From assembly GCA_963761975.1 (NCBI GenBank), contig CAVXIR010000007.1, forward strand, positions 558,965-622,964: a DNA stretch of 64,000 nt. The letters run 5' to 3'. Position 1 is the stretch's first letter. Each line of letters begins with the position of its first letter. The translations under genes were made by a program, and so were the position numbers. The notes below the pieces were generated by a model. The model worked only from the letters and a program-made list of their open reading frames with translations, made no database searches and was not told the origin of the DNA. Shown here in pieces: positions 63,128-64,000 of the stretch. This stretch comes from Vicinamibacterales bacterium (lineage in GTDB: Bacteria; Acidobacteriota; Vicinamibacteria; Vicinamibacterales; JAMQPK01).

Positions 63128-63835
63128 ATGCGTTTCAACTCGCTGATTGGTCGCGCAACGGGCGGTAGCGGGCTTCTCTCGTTATTGCTGTCCGCCGGCT
63201 GTTCGTCCCCCGCGGATTGGCAGGTGGCATCCGTCACTGCGTGGCTTCAGGACAAGTACGTTTTGATGGTGCCCCACCCAGCGCAGGCTCAAGTTGCAGT
63301 GGCGGCAGGCAGTTTCTTCACGAAAGATGCGGACACCAGGGCTTTGTTCATCGAAGTCGCTTTTCAAGCCGTTACAGCTCAGCGTGACTCGCTGTCGGTC
63401 TGGAGGTCGGCGCTTTCGGCCGCCGGGATTCCGGACGCCAAGATTCCCAAAGATATTCCGGGGGAGTACCGCTACTTCGATTCGAAGCCCGTGTCACTTG
63501 TGATTGGCGCTGCCAGGCACGAGGCGAAGGTAATCGCCACGCTCGCGGAGACGAACATCCTGAAAATCAAGGACCTCGCCATCGTTGGTGAGGGTGTGTC
63601 ACCGAAGGGCTGGACAGGTTCGTTCTCTATTAATGGGCTTCAAAGGTTCATCGGCCTGGTGAAGCTCGGGGAAGAGGCTCGGCTCACATTTGTGTATCAG
63701 GTTCCCGCTTCGTTCGATCGCAAGAGCGCCAAGCTCGATTTTCAAGGAGAGATGCGAGAGCTGCCCGAATATTCAAAGGCGAGTGAGCAGCCCGAAAACG
63801 TGATTTGGCATCCGGAGATGTGGGGAGACAAATAG
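63128..63835 (+). CDS. hypothetical lipoprotein (lipobox LLSAGC)
   Basis: Signal/lipobox only. No family recognised. Confidence 0.5.
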   Translation: MRFNSLIGRATGGSGLLSLLLSAGCSSPADWQVASVTAWLQDKYVLMVPHPAQAQVAVAAGSFFTKDADTRALFIEVAFQAVTAQRDSLSVWRSALSAAGIPDAKIPKDIPGEYRYFDSKPVSLVIGAARHEAKVIATLAETNILKIKDLAIVGEGVSPKGWTGSFSINGLQRFIGLVKLGEEARLTFVYQVPASFDRKSAKLDFQGEMRELPEYSKASEQPENVIWHPEMWGDK

Positions 63836-63841
63836 CAGCCG

Positions 63842-63921
63842 CGACTCCAAGACTCCCACGACTCCGAGACTCCTGGACTCCGAGACTCTGAGACTCCCAG
63901 ACTCCCAGACTCCGAGACTCT
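63842..63921. repeat. direct tandem array of 8-9 nt GACTCCNAG units, about 9 units
   Basis: Read directly. Lies between convergent gene ends. Confidence 0.9.
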
Positions 63922-63926
63922 TATTC

Positions 63927-64000
63927 CTATCCTTTACCCTCGAGGTAGGTATACCCGTGCAGCCCGTCTTCGAAAAACCGGATGAGGCGTCCTGATTCTT
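63927..64000 (-). CDS. 3' end of an unidentified gene running off the window (..ESGRLIRFFEDGLHGYTYLEGKG-stop)
   Basis: Only an open frame of 24 codons ending in TAG at 63927-63929. Not in the ORF track. Confidence 0.25.
   Translation of the reverse strand, partial: ESGRLIRFFEDGLHGYTYLEGKG

Overview
This is a high-GC chromosomal segment. Its gene content looks like a soil Acidobacteriota-type bacterium: a CarboxypepD_reg-type TonB-dependent receptor, a DUF1592/DUF1552 pair, PQQ/NHL beta-propellers, DUF1080, DUF3500, several ECF sigma factors and a Tat-signal TldD/PmbA pair. That taxon is an inference from gene content only. I call about 60 protein-coding genes, including ppa, arfB, prfC, clpS-clpA, a vapBC-like pair, an ABC-F ATPase and a Na+/H+ antiporter. 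I found no rRNA, tRNA or CRISPR array. All product names come from motifs I recognised by eye; no database search was possible.

The main findings are:
1. A 3.65-kb IS1-family transposon (14008-17659) has perfect 17-bp terminal inverted repeats and an 8-bp target duplication. It carries five cargo genes, including a P63C-domain protein.
2. A 580-bp MITE-like element (46468-47047) has perfect 21-bp terminal repeats and a TA duplication. It sits in the loop of a repeat hairpin.
3. A four-helix-bundle ('23S rRNA IVS protein') gene is bracketed by inverted ACGAACC tandem arrays and by the stumps of two unrelated genes.
4. Almost every intergenic region is filled with short-unit tandem arrays, often arranged as long palindromes. 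The units include CACGAAC, GGTTCTG, GTAGCT, GCATTGCC..GGCAATGC, GGTGCGTNA, GACTCCNAG and GGGCTAA.
5. There is a family of hairpins with a conserved ACGTAG flank and covarying stems.
6. Four conserved genes carry single-nucleotide frameshifts. One of these fuses TldD and PmbA into an artefactual 983-aa ORF.

I did not find an obvious novel multi-gene defence or secretion system. The repeat and mobile-element architecture is what I would follow up.
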